Positions 23,206-23,989 of a DNA stretch of 23,989 nucleotides are shown here, piece by piece. The stretch comes from Archangiaceae bacterium (GTDB lineage Bacteria > Myxococcota > Myxococcia > Myxococcales > Myxococcaceae), in the NCBI GenBank assembly GCA_043750125.1, contig JAYVCD010000456.1:1-23989 (forward strand), read 5' to 3'. Positions within the stretch are counted from its first letter, which is position 1; every line of letters starts with the position of its first letter. Made by a program: the position numbers and the translations under genes. The notes under the pieces were generated by a model. That model ran no database searches. It worked only from the letters and a program-made list of their open reading frames with translations, and was not told the DNA's origin.

Positions 23206-23989
23206 AGATCGGCCGGAACAGGCTGGTAGATCCACGCGTCCTGCAAGATCTCGTGGCTGGTGATCTGCTCGTTCAGCCCGCCGAGCACCAACACCGTGCC
23301 GTCCTGGAGGACCGTGCAGGTATGCAGGTAGCGCGGCACCGGCAGGCTGACCGCGTGGGCGGCCTGGGCCACTCCTGCCGAGGTCGATTTGATGATCACC
23401 ACCGAGCCATCGCTGTGGCCCGGAGAACCGGGGGCATCGACGGTCAACCCGCCAATCGCCAGCACCGTGCCGTCGGGCAGCTGAACCGAGCAGATGTCAC
23501 CCCGCCCGCCCGCGACGCTCGTACCGACCGTCGGGCCGACCGTCACCGCGGTGGTCGAGGTGCCGACGATTTCCGAAGACGACAGCGGAGCCACCTTGCT
23601 CGGATCCGGATCCGAGTAGCCGCCCAGCACGAGCAGATCGAGCCCGTCTCGCAGGGTCGCGGCAGACGCCCCGCGCCGACCCGGAAGCGCCAACAGCGGC
23701 GGCGACGCCAGCATCTCGCGCTTGAAGCTGTCTCCCGACCACTTGAAGTACACCACCTCGTTGGCCATTGCGCTTCCGTCGGTTCCTCCCGCGACGGCGA
23801 TCAGCTCGGCAGCCTTCACCGCGGCGATCGCGGGCTCTTTGCGCGGCAGGTTCACTCCGGTGACGACCTTGTATTCATTGGTCGCGGGGTCAAACCACTC
23901 GACCTTGTCGACCGGAACCAGCCCTGCATTGCGTGTCTCTCCGCCGACGATCAACACCTTCCCGTTCTTGTCGAGGACTGCCTTGTGCT
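23202..23989 (-). CDS. Kelch-repeat protein, tandem paralog of the downstream gene (5' end outside window)
   Basis: Frame open to the window edge (HKAVLDKNGKVLIVGGE...). Colinear similarity to 21571..23205 (DKVEWFDPATN, LLVLGGYSDP, GGRGDIC, DAWIYQP). Confidence 0.88.
   Translation of the reverse strand, partial: HKAVLDKNGKVLIVGGETRNAGLVPVDKVEWFDPATNEYKVVTGVNLPRKEPAIAAVKAAELIAVAGGTDGSAMANEVVYFKWSGDSFKREMLASPPLLALPGRRGASAATLRDGLDLLVLGGYSDPDPSKVAPLSSSEIVGTSTTAVTVGPTVGTSVAGGRGDICSVQLPDGTVLAIGGLTVDAPGSPGHSDGSVVIIKSTSAGVAQAAHAVSLPVPRYLHTCTVLQDGTVLVLGGLNEQITSHEILQDAWIYQPVPADL

Noticed and set aside
1-23989. tRNA/rRNA, CRISPR array, IS/integrase, prophage or defence genes
   Set aside because: No such motifs, regularly spaced repeats or clear composition shift were seen, and intergenic gaps are all under 200 nt.

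Overview
GC-rich, gene-dense chromosomal segment that looks like a Myxococcota (myxobacterium-like) genome. This is inferred from gene content: Cys-rich lipoproteins, REC/DUF4388-type regulators, an FHA-GGDEF cyclase and a bacterial mevalonate operon. In order, the window holds: an FHA-GGDEF diguanylate cyclase; pgi; a large Cys-rich lipoprotein with a sigma54-like promoter and an intrinsic terminator; and a tightly coupled four-gene operon (DUF721/DciA-like, multi-CAP protein, two paralogous double-REC/double-DUF4388 regulators with no kinase). These are followed by a 77-aa four-Cys protein; an Slt70-like lytic transglycosylase; a mevalonate operon (fni-mvaA-mvk-mvaD, lacking HMG-CoA synthase and phosphomevalonate kinase); a DsrE-like protein; a stand-alone E2 acyltransferase catalytic domain; an MscS-cNMP channel; a membrane-anchored coiled-coil protein; and two tandem Kelch beta-propeller paralogs. 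I saw no tRNA, rRNA, CRISPR array or transposase/integrase. The most unexpected signals are an exact 16-bp non-coding direct repeat bracketing the slt+mevalonate block, the kinase-less REC/DUF4388 operon coupled to dciA, and the small four-Cys protein. All calls come from reading motifs by eye; no searches were run.
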